IMG/VR virus record: IMGVR_UViG_3300027779_000002 | DNA length: 20,000 nucleotides | Direction: 5' to 3' (one strand) | From: an uncultured virus (IMG/VR IMGVR_UViG_3300027779_000002) | Taxonomy: Duplodnaviria; Heunggongvirae; Uroviricota; Caudoviricetes | Shown: positions 1-9,768 of the stretch, piece by piece | Position numbering within the stretch: the first letter of the stretch is position 1 | How the letters are laid out: every line of letters starts with the position of its first letter | Made by a program: the position numbers and the translations under genes | Notes under the pieces: generated by a model | Databases searched by the model: none | What the model was told of the DNA's origin: nothing | The model's input: the letters and a program-made list of their open reading frames with translations, nothing else

Positions 1-3000
1 TACTGTCTACCGCTATATCGTTAGAGTTTGCAGTTATACCATCACCACCGATAACATTTAATGTAACACTACCGGATGTTCCACCACCTGTCATACCTGT
101 TCCTGCAGTAACTGCTGTTATATCTCCCGTATTAGTAGTGTATCCGCTATTATTAGTCCATTGTGATATATTACCTGATTTATTAGTGAATGTTTGTGTA
201 TTACTTGCAGTAGTTGTACCCGTATTAGTAGTGTATCCTGAACCGTTTGTTAATTGATTGTTATTGGTAATGTAATTAGCATTAGTTGCACCTGTATAGC
301 CCAAGTTAGCTAATGTCATTGTTCTAGTAGTAAACGCAGTTATAACACCTTGTGTTAAACTTACAGTAGATAGAACTGCACCGCCTGCACTAATACCAAT
401 GTTAGTTGATGTTCCTATAGTGGTATTACCTGAACTAGTTACATAACCTGCACCATTAGTAAGTTGATTATTATTAGTAATAGTACAATTCAATGTAACA
501 GTACCTGAAGTACCGCCTCCACTCATTCCTGTCCCCGCAGTAACACCTGTAATATCACCTACATTAGTAGTATAACCTGCTCCGTTAGTTAACTGATTGT
601 TATTGGTAATTGTATTACTAAATACTGTTCCTGTTAAAAGAAGTCCTGTCCCTGCTGTGTATGTGGTATTCACATACGAGGTGATGTATCCTGCACCGTT
701 AGATAATTGATTGTTATTAGTTGGAAATCCTGTAGCAGTTAATGTACTTAATCCATTTCTTGTTAACGTAAGTGTACCTGAAGCATAAGAAGCTCCTGAA
801 ACGTAATAATTACTATTGTCGTCATTTGGATTAAAAGTAATTGTATCTGTGGTAGCATTAGTAGTAATAGTCATACCGCCGGCAGCAACAAAAGTTAAAG
901 TATCATTATTACTATCAGCAACAACAGTAGATTGACCGCTTACTGCAATATTTTTAAATATAGCCTGTGATGAACCTTTATCTGCATTAGTTAAAGTTAC
1001 TGTTCCACTTGTCCCTCCACCTGACATACCACTTCCTGCGGTAACTCCTGTAATATCACCTACATTTGTAGTATAACCTGCCCCATTAGTAAGTTGATTG
1101 TTATTAGTAATAGTACAATTTAACGTAACTGTTCCACTTGTTCCTCCCCCCGACATACCTGTTCCGGCTGTTACACCTGTAATATCACCTACACTTGTAG
1201 TATATCCTGAGTCATTAGTCCATTGAGAAATGTTACCACCTTTATTTGTAAACGTCTGTGAGTTAGATGCTGTAGTAGTACCCGTATTAGTAGTATAACC
1301 TGCACCGTTTGTTAATTGGTTGTTGTTAGTTACATTTGTTGCACCATTAGCTACATTAAGACTTGACCTAAGTTGTGCCATTGTAGAAGGTCTAACATAG
1401 TTGTTAGTTGCAGTATCTACCTGAGTCATTACATATCCAATAGATGCATTAGTAGAGTCATACTCACTTCTAAGTAACCTAACATTAATATCACCACTAC
1501 TATCTCTTGCCACAACAGTACTTACCGTTGATGCTGTAACAGCATTAACATTTAACGTAACTGTTCCACTTGTTCCTCCTCCTGTCAAATAACTTCCCGC
1601 AGTAACACCTGTAATATCACCTACACTTGTAGTATAACCTGCACCGTTTGTTAATTGGTTGTTATTAGTAATAGTACAATTTAATGTAACTGTTCCACTT
1701 GTCCCACCGCCTGACATACCTGTTCCTGCGGTAACTCCTGTAATATCACCTACACTTGTAGTATATCCTGAGTCATTAGTCCATTGAGAAATGTTACCTG
1801 ATTTATTAGTAAAGGTTTGAGAATTACTAGCTGTTGTTGTACCTGTATTGGTTGTATAGCCTGAACCGTTAGTTAATTGATTATTGTTGGTTATACTATT
1901 ATTAAAAGTAACTGTTTCATTACTAGCTTGATTCAGCGTAATTGTTCCTCCACCCGTTAACCCTGTCCCCGCAGTAAGTGTAATAGTTGCATTGTTAACT
2001 GTAGGTAATGAGCCTGAAGTTATATATCCTGAATTATTAGTCCATTGTGATATATTACCTGATTTGTTTGTAAAAGTTTGAGTATTGGTTGCATTAGTAA
2101 AACCTGTAGCAGTTAATGTACTTAATCCATTTCTTGTTAATGTTAATGTACCACCTGATTGTGATGCACCTGAAACGTAATAATTACTATTATCATCATT
2201 TGGATTAAAAGTAATAGTATCTGTAGTAGCATTTGTAGTAATAGTCATACCACCTGCAGCAACCAAAGTTAAAGTATCATTATTACTATCAGCAACAACA
2301 CTAGATTGACCACTTACTGCTATATTCTTAAATATAGCTTGTGATGAACCTTTGTCTGCGTTAGTTAAAGTTACCGTTCCGCTTGTACCACCACCTGACA
2401 TACCACTTCCTGCAGTAACACCTGTGATATCACCTACACTTGTAGTATATCCTGAATCATTAGTCCATTGAGATATATTGCCTGACTTATTAGTAAAGGT
2501 TTGTGAGTTAGAAGCTGTAGTAGTTCCTGTATTTGTAGTGTAACCTGCTCCGTTAGTTAACTGATTATTATTAGTTATTGTATTATTTAATGTTACACTT
2601 CCTGATGTACCTCCACCGCTTAATCCTGTGCCTGCCACAACAGCTGTTATATCACCTTGTGGTAATGTTGATAAAAGTATTAAATCACCTTCACCATTTA
2701 TATAATCATCTGTATCCCCTTGAAAAGTTATAGCTAATGTTCCACTAGTTGTTACAGGAGTACTTATAATAGATATTGCATCTCCTTGAGAGGATAATCC
2801 TACACTTGTTACAGTTCCTGTATTTGTAGTGTAACCTGCTCCGTTAGTTAACTGATTATTGTTAGTAATAGTATTATTAAAAGTAACAGTTTCGTTAGAA
2901 GCTTGATTTAAAGTAATAACACCACCCCCTGACAATCCTGTTCCGGCTGATAGTGTTATTGTTGCATTATTAACTGTAGGTAAACTACCTGCTGTTATAT

Positions 3001-4063
3001 ATCCTGCACCATTACTTAACTGATTATTGTTAGTTGGAAAACCCGTTGCTGTTAAGGTGCTTAATCCATTTCTTGTTAACGTAAGTGTGCCTGAAGCATA
3101 AGAAGCTCCTGAAACATAATAGTTTTCGTTGTCATCAGTTCCTGTAATAGTAAGCACATCTCCTACAACAGCTGTTGACACACTACCTGCGCCAACAATA
3201 GATAAAGTATCATTATTAGTGTCAGCTACAGCTGTACCTGAATCAGATGCTACATTTTTAAATATATTTTGTGACGAACCTTTATCACTATTTGTAACTG
3301 TAACAGTACCTGAAGTACCCCCTCCACTTATACCTGAACCTGCTGTTACGCCTGTGATATCACCTACACTTGTAGTGTATCCGCTATCATTAGTCCATTG
3401 TGATATATTGCCTGACTTATTAGTAAAGGTTTGAGAATTACTAGCTGTTGTAGTACCTGTGTTAGTAGTGTATCCACTATTGTTTGTCCATTGAGAAATG
3501 TTCCCTGACTTATTAGTAAAAGTTTGACTATTACTAGCTGTTGTTGTACCTGTGCTAGTTGTGTATCCTGCTCCGTTAGTTAATTGATTGTTATTAGTAA
3601 TAACAATTGTAGTATTAGGTACATTTAATTCAGCTCTCATTTCAGAAGCAGTTAATGCTCCTAAATCTGATGAGGTTTTCCATTGTGGAAATTCATTAGC
3701 ATTTATTGTTCCTGATTTAGTTACTGTACCTACATTAGTAGTGTATCCTGCTCCGTTAGTTAACTGATTATTGTTAGTTATAGAGTTATTGAATGTAACC
3801 GTTTCAGCACTAGATTGATTCAGCGTAATTGTTCCTCCTCCGGTTAACCCTGTTCCCGCTGTAAAAGTAATTGTTGAATTATTAACTGTGGGTAAAGAAG
3901 CCGATGTTATATAGTTTTGACTTTTTACCCATGCAGTTGATGGAATTCTTGTTGAATTATCTGATGTTGAAGGAGCGGTTACAATACCCGCTGCAAGAGT
4001 CGTTGTGTCACTAACAGATAAAGTACCCGTTATTGCTTGTCCTCTTAAAAATCTTATTGCCAT
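1..4063 (-). CDS. Very long T/N/G/S-rich modular repeat protein, putative tail/capsid fibre (>=1354 aa, 3' end outside window)
   Basis: ATG at 4063 (MAIRFLRGQAITGTLSV...). Manual reading stays open and in frame to the window edge (...NDIAVDS). Absent from the ORF track because there is no stop in the window. Recurrent modules TNNNQLTNGAGYTT, QTFTNKSGNISQWTNDSGY and GDITGVTAGTGMSGGGTSGTVTL are typical of phage fibre shafts. Confidence 0.85.
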   Translation of the reverse strand, partial: MAIRFLRGQAITGTLSVSDTTTLAAGIVTAPSTSDNSTRIPSTAWVKSQNYITSASLPTVNNSTITFTAGTGLTGGGTITLNQSSAETVTFNNSITNNNQLTNGAGYTTNVGTVTKSGTINANEFPQWKTSSDLGALTASEMRAELNVPNTTIVITNNNQLTNGAGYTTSTGTTTASNSQTFTNKSGNISQWTNNSGYTTNTGTTTASNSQTFTNKSGNISQWTNDSGYTTSVGDITGVTAGSGISGGGTSGTVTVTNSDKGSSQNIFKNVASDSGTAVADTNNDTLSIVGAGSVSTAVVGDVLTITGTDDNENYYVSGASYASGTLTLTRNGLSTLTATGFPTNNNQLSNGAGYITAGSLPTVNNATITLSAGTGLSGGGVITLNQASNETVTFNNTITNNNQLTNGAGYTTNTGTVTSVGLSSQGDAISIISTPVTTSGTLAITFQGDTDDYINGEGDLILLSTLPQGDITAVVAGTGLSGGGTSGSVTLNNTITNNNQLTNGAGYTTNTGTTTASNSQTFTNKSGNISQWTNDSGYTTSVGDITGVTAGSGMSGGGTSGTVTLTNADKGSSQAIFKNIAVSGQSSVVADSNNDTLTLVAAGGMTITTNATTDTITFNPNDDNSNYYVSGASQSGGTLTLTRNGLSTLTATGFTNATNTQTFTNKSGNISQWTNNSGYITSGSLPTVNNATITLTAGTGLTGGGTITLNQASNETVTFNNSITNNNQLTNGSGYTTNTGTTTASNSQTFTNKSGNISQWTNDSGYTTSVGDITGVTAGTGMSGGGTSGTVTLNCTITNNNQLTNGAGYTTSVGDITGVTAGSYLTGGGTSGTVTLNVNAVTASTVSTVVARDSSGDINVRLLRSEYDSTNASIGYVMTQVDTATNNYVRPSTMAQLRSSLNVANGATNVTNNNQLTNGAGYTTNTGTTTASNSQTFTNKGGNISQWTNDSGYTTSVGDITGVTAGTGMSGGGTSGTVTLNCTITNNNQLTNGAGYTTNVGDITGVTAGSGMSGGGTSGTVTLTNADKGSSQAIFKNIAVSGQSTVVADSNNDTLTFVAAGGMTITTNATTDTITFNPNDDNSNYYVSGASYASGTLTLTRNGLSTLTATGFPTNNNQLSNGAGYITSYVNTTYTAGTGLLLTGTVFSNTITNNNQLTNGAGYTTNVGDITGVTAGTGMSGGGTSGTVTLNCTITNNNQLTNGAGYVTSSGNTTIGTSTNIGISAGGAVLSTVSLTQGVITAFTTRTMTLANLGYTGATNANYITNNNQLTNGSGYTTNTGTTTASNTQTFTNKSGNISQWTNNSGYTTNTGDITAVTAGTGMTGGGTSGSVTLNVIGGDGITANSNDIAVDS
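55..3900 (-). repeat. Dispersed coding repeats within the fibre gene
   Basis: Counted by eye: ~13 NNNQL(T/S)NG(A/S)GY, ~7 TFTNK(S/G)GNISQWTN(D/N)SGY and ~9 GDIT(G/A)V(T/V)AG..GGGTSG copies. A larger duplicated block lies at ~730-1060 and ~2100-2435. Confidence 0.9.
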
Positions 4064-4083
4064 AAGGTGTTAAATTAAATTAT

Positions 4084-6189
4084 TTACGCCACCTTAGTCA
4101 CTAAACATCTTGCTCCGCCTGTTGCAATTGCTGATGTGCTTAATAATGTTAAGGCATTTGTACTTGTTCTTTGAACTTCTAAAAATAAAGTATCGTAAGG
4201 TGATGCAGTATCATATACCTGTACTATTACATCTCTTGTTCCAAAGTTATGTGATACAGTATAAGATGTAGCAGAATTATTACCAATGTCCTGTGCATAC
4301 TGATGGCTTGAACCAATACATGATTCAACCGCTGTACAGAAGTCAGATACTTGTGATGCAGTAATACTTATTGCTGTAGCTGCCATTGCAGTTACAAGAC
4401 CTTTAGCATTTACTGTAGCTGTTAAAGTATTAGATGCACTTCCGAAACTTCCTACAGTACTATTAACAGTTGCAAGAGTTAAACCTGAGGTTACGTCAGC
4501 TGAACCATCAAAAGTTACCGACCATGCAGCATCTCCTGTTGCTGAAATACTTCTTGCAGTAATAAGTTTTGTTGCTGTAGCAGCATTACCTGTAATCTCT
4601 CCTTCTACGTTTGCTATTAATGTTCCTACGTTTGCTATTGTAGCTGTAGTAGTTGGTTTAGATGTAGCATTACCTAATCTAAATTTAGGAGCTGATGCTG
4701 TAGATGATGATGAAGCGTCATAAAATAAAGTAGGGTAATAATCTGTTGCTGATATTACATAGTTACCAAAGAACCCTATATCAACTGAGTTAGCACCTCC
4801 GCCTGCAACGTCATTGCCATTGGCGTACTCCATCATGTTATCTTCAATAGATACTGTTGTACTATTTATAGTAGTTGTAGTTCCATTAACCGTTAAGTTA
4901 CCTGCGATAGTTACTGTTGAACCATCATCAGTAACAGACGAGTCAGTTAACTGATTGTTACCATTATCCCATTTCATTAATGCATTTGCACTTAATGAAC
5001 CTGAATTTTTAAGACTTAAACTTCCTGTAGTAGTTATTGTACCTCCTGTTAAACCACCTGTTGCAGGTGTTGCTATTGAAGTAACTGTACCACCTGAAGA
5101 ATCAAAAGGTAAATCTGAAACTAATCCTTTCTTAATTTCATCATCATCAATATCACTATACCATATAACATCTGTTGTTTCAATAGCTGTACCTTTTAAA
5201 TTGGTAGCCGCTTCAATGGCATTATTTGTACTTGTATATAAAATTCCTAAATCACTTATTGCAACTGCACCATTATAAGATGTCATGGTTAAACCTGTAG
5301 ATGCTGTAAGAGTCTTTAAAATTCCTCCTAATGCTATACCACTTATTGTGCTGTTAGCTAATCTGTCATTTTGTATTCCACCTGCAGAAATTCCAAACGC
5401 TAGTGTTCCTGATGTTGTAATAGGAGAACCTGAAACAGTTAATCCGTTAGCTCCCGAAGCAGCTACACTTGTAACTGACCCTGAAGTAACTGTTTGTAAT
5501 GCACCTGTACCGTCAATAAATTGACTTGTACTACCTGCTCCTGCTAATGTTAAAGTTCCTGAACTTGTTACAGGACTATTAGTTACTGTAAATGCTGACG
5601 GTGCTGCTAAGCCTACACTTGTTACACTTCCTGAAGGAATAGTAGGGAAAGTTTCTAAAGTACCATCTCCTCTTATATATTGGCTTGTACTACCTGCTCC
5701 TGTTATTGCAATAGTACCTGCTCCTGTTATCGGTGAATTAGCTACACTAAATGCTGCCGGCATAGAAACTCCAACACTTGTTACAGTTCCACCACCAATA
5801 GCTGCACTTAATTGAGATAAGTTTACAAATTTTACATCATTATCACTCTCATCAGATATCATTACTCTATCTGTTGTTGCTAAAGTTAATAATGTACCAT
5901 CACCTGCTGCTAATATAATATTGTCAGTACCTGCATAATCAACAGCAACTGTAACGTTGCCTGAAGTTCCTCCTCCGGAAAGACCTGTTCCTGCAGTAAC
6001 ACCTGAAATATCTCCTGTACCATCTAATGAAATCCAAGCTGTACCATTATAGTATTTAAATGTGTTGGATGTTGTGTTATAGATAAATTGCCCTTCATAT
6101 CCTGCAGGGTCAGATGCGAGGTTTTGAGCTTTTACATTTTGTAACTCATTTGTCGTTAAATCTAGGTTGTTTAAAAATCTAATTGCCAT
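4084..6189 (-). CDS. Putative phage fibre/structural protein (701 aa)
   Basis: G/T/S-rich, with GTVTSV...SPITxSGTL repeats. C-terminal 'YTVSHNFGTRDVIVQVYD' domain is of a type common in phage fibres. Shares the MAIRFL N-terminus with the downstream gene. Confidence 0.75.
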   Translation of the reverse strand: MAIRFLNNLDLTTNELQNVKAQNLASDPAGYEGQFIYNTTSNTFKYYNGTAWISLDGTGDISGVTAGTGLSGGGTSGNVTVAVDYAGTDNIILAAGDGTLLTLATTDRVMISDESDNDVKFVNLSQLSAAIGGGTVTSVGVSMPAAFSVANSPITGAGTIAITGAGSTSQYIRGDGTLETFPTIPSGSVTSVGLAAPSAFTVTNSPVTSSGTLTLAGAGSTSQFIDGTGALQTVTSGSVTSVAASGANGLTVSGSPITTSGTLAFGISAGGIQNDRLANSTISGIALGGILKTLTASTGLTMTSYNGAVAISDLGILYTSTNNAIEAATNLKGTAIETTDVIWYSDIDDDEIKKGLVSDLPFDSSGGTVTSIATPATGGLTGGTITTTGSLSLKNSGSLSANALMKWDNGNNQLTDSSVTDDGSTVTIAGNLTVNGTTTTINSTTVSIEDNMMEYANGNDVAGGGANSVDIGFFGNYVISATDYYPTLFYDASSSSTASAPKFRLGNATSKPTTTATIANVGTLIANVEGEITGNAATATKLITARSISATGDAAWSVTFDGSADVTSGLTLATVNSTVGSFGSASNTLTATVNAKGLVTAMAATAISITASQVSDFCTAVESCIGSSHQYAQDIGNNSATSYTVSHNFGTRDVIVQVYDTASPYDTLFLEVQRTSTNALTLLSTSAIATGGARCLVTKVA

Positions 6190-6202
6190 AATTTTTTATT
6201 TA

Positions 6203-6922
6203 TTAATTTAAAAATGCTTTGCCTGAAAATGCAGCTGAAAACACTATTGTTAACTGATTTGCATTATTATATGTTACTGAACCAAATCCTACCGCATACG
6301 GTGTGTTAGCTGAATCAGTAACAGTAACCGAAGGAAACGAATTTAAATTGTGTGTTATTATCCATGTAGCTGAAGCTACGTTTTGTGGATGAATATACGT
6401 TGTCGCCGGGTCACCTTTATATGTTAGCAAAGATATGAAATAATCTTGACTATCTTCAAGACTCCCAAAACCTGTAGCATAGGTAACATCTATGTTCCAA
6501 AAATTAGTTTCTGCAACACTTTGAACTGCCGCATCCCATTCAAATAATCCGAAAGTAGAAGGGTCAGAACACTTAGATATTAATACCGTTGACTGTAGTA
6601 AAGGGTTAGTATAATATGTACTAACATTTATTGCGTTATTAATTTGTTGTTTGCTTAATTTAAATTGTGTTAAACTACTAAAAGGAACTGTTCCTGTATT
6701 TAATGCATCAAAAGTTATTGTGCCGGCTAATCTTACATCACCCGCTTCCATGTCTTTATATTTATATCTTAAAGATTGACTTTGAATCTTATTATATTCA
6801 TTAATAAAAATTGAAACTGCATTAGCAGAAAAGTTTTTAGTTGCCTGTTGTGCATCTGAACCAATCCATTTATCAGACGGTACTATAGGTGTTGATAAAG
6901 GATATGTACTAATTTTTGCCAT
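6203..6922 (-). CDS. Putative virion structural protein (239 aa)
   Basis: C-terminal 'WIITHNLNSFPSVTVTDS...FSGKAFLN' domain resembles the C-terminus of the 701-aa protein. Located in the structural cluster. Confidence 0.65.
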   Translation of the reverse strand: MAKISTYPLSTPIVPSDKWIGSDAQQATKNFSANAVSIFINEYNKIQSQSLRYKYKDMEAGDVRLAGTITFDALNTGTVPFSSLTQFKLSKQQINNAINVSTYYTNPLLQSTVLISKCSDPSTFGLFEWDAAVQSVAETNFWNIDVTYATGFGSLEDSQDYFISLLTYKGDPATTYIHPQNVASATWIITHNLNSFPSVTVTDSANTPYAVGFGSVTYNNANQLTIVFSAAFSGKAFLN

Positions 6923-7325
6923 TTTGTTTTATTTTATTAGCTTTTTCGTATGACCTTCCCCCAAAATATGCTGCAGTAATTGTAATAAGCAACATTTTTA
7001 AAAGTTCTTTCCATTCATCGTCAACTGCAAAGTTAATAAATCCTGAGTCAATAAAAATAAGCAATACAGTAGATACAAATAAAAACATTAATGTTATCGG
7101 ACGAACTGATTTTGAAAGTTTGTTATCGCTTGTCATGTCCGCTTTCCAACGTTCTGTTACATTTTTTTGTTGTTCAGATTCTGCATTAATAAATATTTCT
7201 GTCATTTCTTTTTCAAATGCAGCTTTTTCGTCTTTTGTTCTTATAAATTTATCGGCTATTCCTGTAAGAGAGCCTGCAATATCTTTTGCTCCACCCCCAA
7301 AAAGTTTTGTTAATATTTGTATCAT
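6909..7325 (-). CDS. Holin (GTA-type 3TM holin-like)
   Basis: 'DKFIRTKDEK...ERWKADMTSDNKLSKSVRP' followed by hydrophobic helices and 'AYFGGRSYEK'. ATGA-coupled to the endolysin. Confidence 0.8.
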   Translation of the reverse strand: MIQILTKLFGGGAKDIAGSLTGIADKFIRTKDEKAAFEKEMTEIFINAESEQQKNVTERWKADMTSDNKLSKSVRPITLMFLFVSTVLLIFIDSGFINFAVDDEWKELLKMLLITITAAYFGGRSYEKANKIKQNGKN

Positions 7326-7780
7326 ATTATTTTATATTTAGTTTTACGATTTTCTTTGTAAGCTTTTAAACATTTGTTTCTATTTTCTTCATCACTAACG
7401 TATGAAACATGTATCCAATTAGGGTTTGTGTCTGTTCCAAACTCCCATATTAATTGGTCAAAATTTAAATTTTCTTTTATCCAATAATACATTTCTGCAT
7501 TACTTTTATAACCATATACATCATCAAGGTCAATTGCTTGACCCTTGCAATGCTGTGAGGTACTTACACCTCCAATAGCTTCATTTAAAGAAATAGACCT
7601 AAAAAAAGAATTTACTTTTATAGGTCCTCCTCCCCATTCTCTTAATGGTTCAAATATTTTTTCAGCTGTTAACTTCATTGTGTCAACCTGTGTTGGGTTT
7701 GGAGTATTGTCTATTAATTTTCTTTTAGCGGTATTAGAATGTATAGCTTCTGCATATGTTATATGTTTGCTTATTTTCAT
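7322..7780 (-). CDS. Endolysin, Zn peptidase family M15A
   Basis: S-F-F-R...N.AIGG...SQHCKGQAID (H-x6-D) and WIHVSY Zn-binding motifs. Adjacent to the holin. Confidence 0.88.
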   Translation of the reverse strand: MKISKHITYAEAIHSNTAKRKLIDNTPNPTQVDTMKLTAEKIFEPLREWGGGPIKVNSFFRSISLNEAIGGVSTSQHCKGQAIDLDDVYGYKSNAEMYYWIKENLNFDQLIWEFGTDTNPNWIHVSYVSDEENRNKCLKAYKENRKTKYKII

Positions 7781-9045
7781 AATCTAAAATTAAATCCTAT
7801 TGTTGAGTTAAAAATTTCTGTATTCCAAAATTTAGTATATTCACCTTCTACAAATATACCTAATTTAGAAGTAAGATTCCATCCCATAATTAATCCAAAT
7901 TGATAATCTTCCCATTGTTCTAATTCTGAATCTTCTTTTAATCCACCTACTCCCCAATTGTTTCTATTTAAATAACTAAAAGCTTCATCACCTTTAAAAT
8001 ATTTATGATAAGGAAGTATGTAATTTGCATAAGCATGCATCCACATTTTTTCATTATAAGTATAAAAATCAGCTCCTACGATTGGAGCTATCTCAGCAAA
8101 ATCATCTAGTAAATCCCATTGCTCTCTATTAAATCTATTCATTAAATCAGCAAAAACTGTTTCACGAAATTCTAAATCTGTATTAGCTACAATATTTCCT
8201 TCAGAGTCAACCCATTGCCAATCTTGCGTTTGATTTCCTGATTCATCTGTTAATGTATAAAACACATCATCATATCCATATTGAAATCCTAAACTGTACC
8301 AAACGTTTGCAGCATACTCATATGAATTTCCTTCAGGGTCAATATATTGTGTTGTTTCATTTAACCAAATTTCTACAGGATTATATCCAAAAGCTTGTTC
8401 ATGTGTACGAGCAATAACTCCTGCAGATATACTAAACTTTTTACCAATAGGTAAACGAGCTCTTATCTCTGCCGAACTGTATTTAAATCCTACGTTACCC
8501 TCTTCTCTTGATTCTATTTTAGCAATGTGATGCTTACCTGTATGCCTAAGAAAGTAACGATGGTTTGTAAATACCTCACCTCTCTCTCTTTCTTTTTCCC
8601 AATGAAACATATATTCAAATCCACTAAATGCAGCAGTAGGAGCTGACAATGCTACGTTTTTTTCTGTGCCATCATAATAAGCTTTCTCTTTATTCTCATA
8701 ATCAAAACGAGCAATACGTCTTAAACCAAAACCATATCGATAATCAAAAGGGTCATAAGTAGTTGCGTCTTCAACAACAGGTACATCATATAAACTTCCG
8801 CTAGGATTTGTTCTTACAACGTAATCTATACTTTGTTTTTGATAAGGATTGTTTATATTTCCTGCAACATAAAAAGTTCCATATTGTAAAAAATCATCAT
8901 ATACTTTTTTAAACAATTTTTGTTTTCCTAAAGCTTGAGGTTCTTGCGCTTGTAAATTAAATGTAAATATTGATAATATTGATACTATAATTATATACAT
9001 AATTGCATTAAGTGAAAATTTTTCTGTTTTTTGTTTTCTATTCAT
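7777..9045 (-). CDS. Secreted protein, putative outer-membrane beta-barrel (422 aa)
   Basis: N-terminal signal peptide (...FNLQA|QE). Aromatic-rich, with amphipathic alternating strands at the C-terminus ending STIGFNFRL. Confidence 0.6.
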   Translation of the reverse strand: MNRKQKTEKFSLNAIMYIIIVSILSIFTFNLQAQEPQALGKQKLFKKVYDDFLQYGTFYVAGNINNPYQKQSIDYVVRTNPSGSLYDVPVVEDATTYDPFDYRYGFGLRRIARFDYENKEKAYYDGTEKNVALSAPTAAFSGFEYMFHWEKERERGEVFTNHRYFLRHTGKHHIAKIESREEGNVGFKYSSAEIRARLPIGKKFSISAGVIARTHEQAFGYNPVEIWLNETTQYIDPEGNSYEYAANVWYSLGFQYGYDDVFYTLTDESGNQTQDWQWVDSEGNIVANTDLEFRETVFADLMNRFNREQWDLLDDFAEIAPIVGADFYTYNEKMWMHAYANYILPYHKYFKGDEAFSYLNRNNWGVGGLKEDSELEQWEDYQFGLIMGWNLTSKLGIFVEGEYTKFWNTEIFNSTIGFNFRL

Positions 9046-9048
9046 AAC

Positions 9049-9384
9049 TTAAAATTTACTTTTTATTATTTTATTTATATGTAACTGTATGGTGTCAAGT
9101 GTATTTTCCGGTAATTGTAATGTAATATCACTTTCTATTCGTATAATAGTTTTTCTATTATGATACAAGATAACAGTTGGTAGATAAACTATGTTATCTT
9201 TTTTAAATAATTCGGGATGGTCAGTTAAATATAGACAAATTTGGTCAGTTCCTTCAAGCTCATCAAGATTTATTTCTGCGGCTTTTACAAAACTAGCTGT
9301 GTATTGTATTACTACAATTCCATCTTTATATTGTGCATGTGCGGTAGAAGTAAATAGAATTAATAAGAATATCCATAGTTTCAT
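9049..9384 (-). CDS. Secreted thioredoxin-fold-like protein lacking CxxC
   Basis: Signal peptide (...STAHA|QY). VVIQYTASF strand and NIVYLPTVILY cis-Pro-like motif of the Trx fold. Only one Cys. Confidence 0.55.
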   Translation of the reverse strand: MKLWIFLLILFTSTAHAQYKDGIVVIQYTASFVKAAEINLDELEGTDQICLYLTDHPELFKKDNIVYLPTVILYHNRKTIIRIESDITLQLPENTLDTIQLHINKIIKSKF

Positions 9385-9683
9385 TTCTTGCTGATTTCAT
9401 ATAGACGAGCATCCATTTTGTCTAATTGAGATTTTATTTCGCTAACGTCTTCTTTAATAGAAGACATATCAGACTCCACTTTTTCAATGGTTGCTCTGAT
9501 TATTTGGTCTTTATAAGAAAATTCTATCTTGGTTATTTCAGGTTCAGGCAGTTGTGCTGCATGAGCTATATCAGCTTTTAATGTAAAATACATAGTAGCA
9601 AGTGAGACGGTGAAGCCAACAATCATTGCAATTGTTTTTAAATCTAATGTTACGTTAGTTCCTTCACCAATTTTAGTTGCCAT
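9381..9683 (-). CDS. Membrane-anchored coiled-coil protein (100 aa)
   Basis: One hydrophobic helix (IAMIVGFTVSLATMYFTL), then a heptad-like C-terminus. ATGA overlap with the next gene. Confidence 0.75.
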   Translation of the reverse strand: MATKIGEGTNVTLDLKTIAMIVGFTVSLATMYFTLKADIAHAAQLPEPEITKIEFSYKDQIIRATIEKVESDMSSIKEDVSEIKSQLDKMDARLYEISKK

Positions 9684-9686
9684 TAA

Positions 9687-9755
9687 TTACATGCTTTTAT
9701 AAACGTAACTAAAAGTTACATCGTTTGACCAAGTATTTGATTGTGTGTATATCAT
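9687..9755 (-). CDS. Micro-ORF, 22 aa (MIYTQSNTWSNDVTFSYVYKSM)
   Basis: Fills the gap between two genes, has an A-rich start context (AAATAAAATG), and stops 3 nt before the next ATG. Confidence 0.45.
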   Translation of the reverse strand: MIYTQSNTWSNDVTFSYVYKSM

Positions 9756-9768
9756 TTTATTTATTTTT

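Noticed and set aside
55..3900. Possible CRISPR array or DGR template/variable repeats
   Set aside because: The repeats are in-frame coding modules with mainly third-position variation. There are no unique regular spacers, no evident adenine-specific pattern, and no cas or reverse transcriptase gene in the window.
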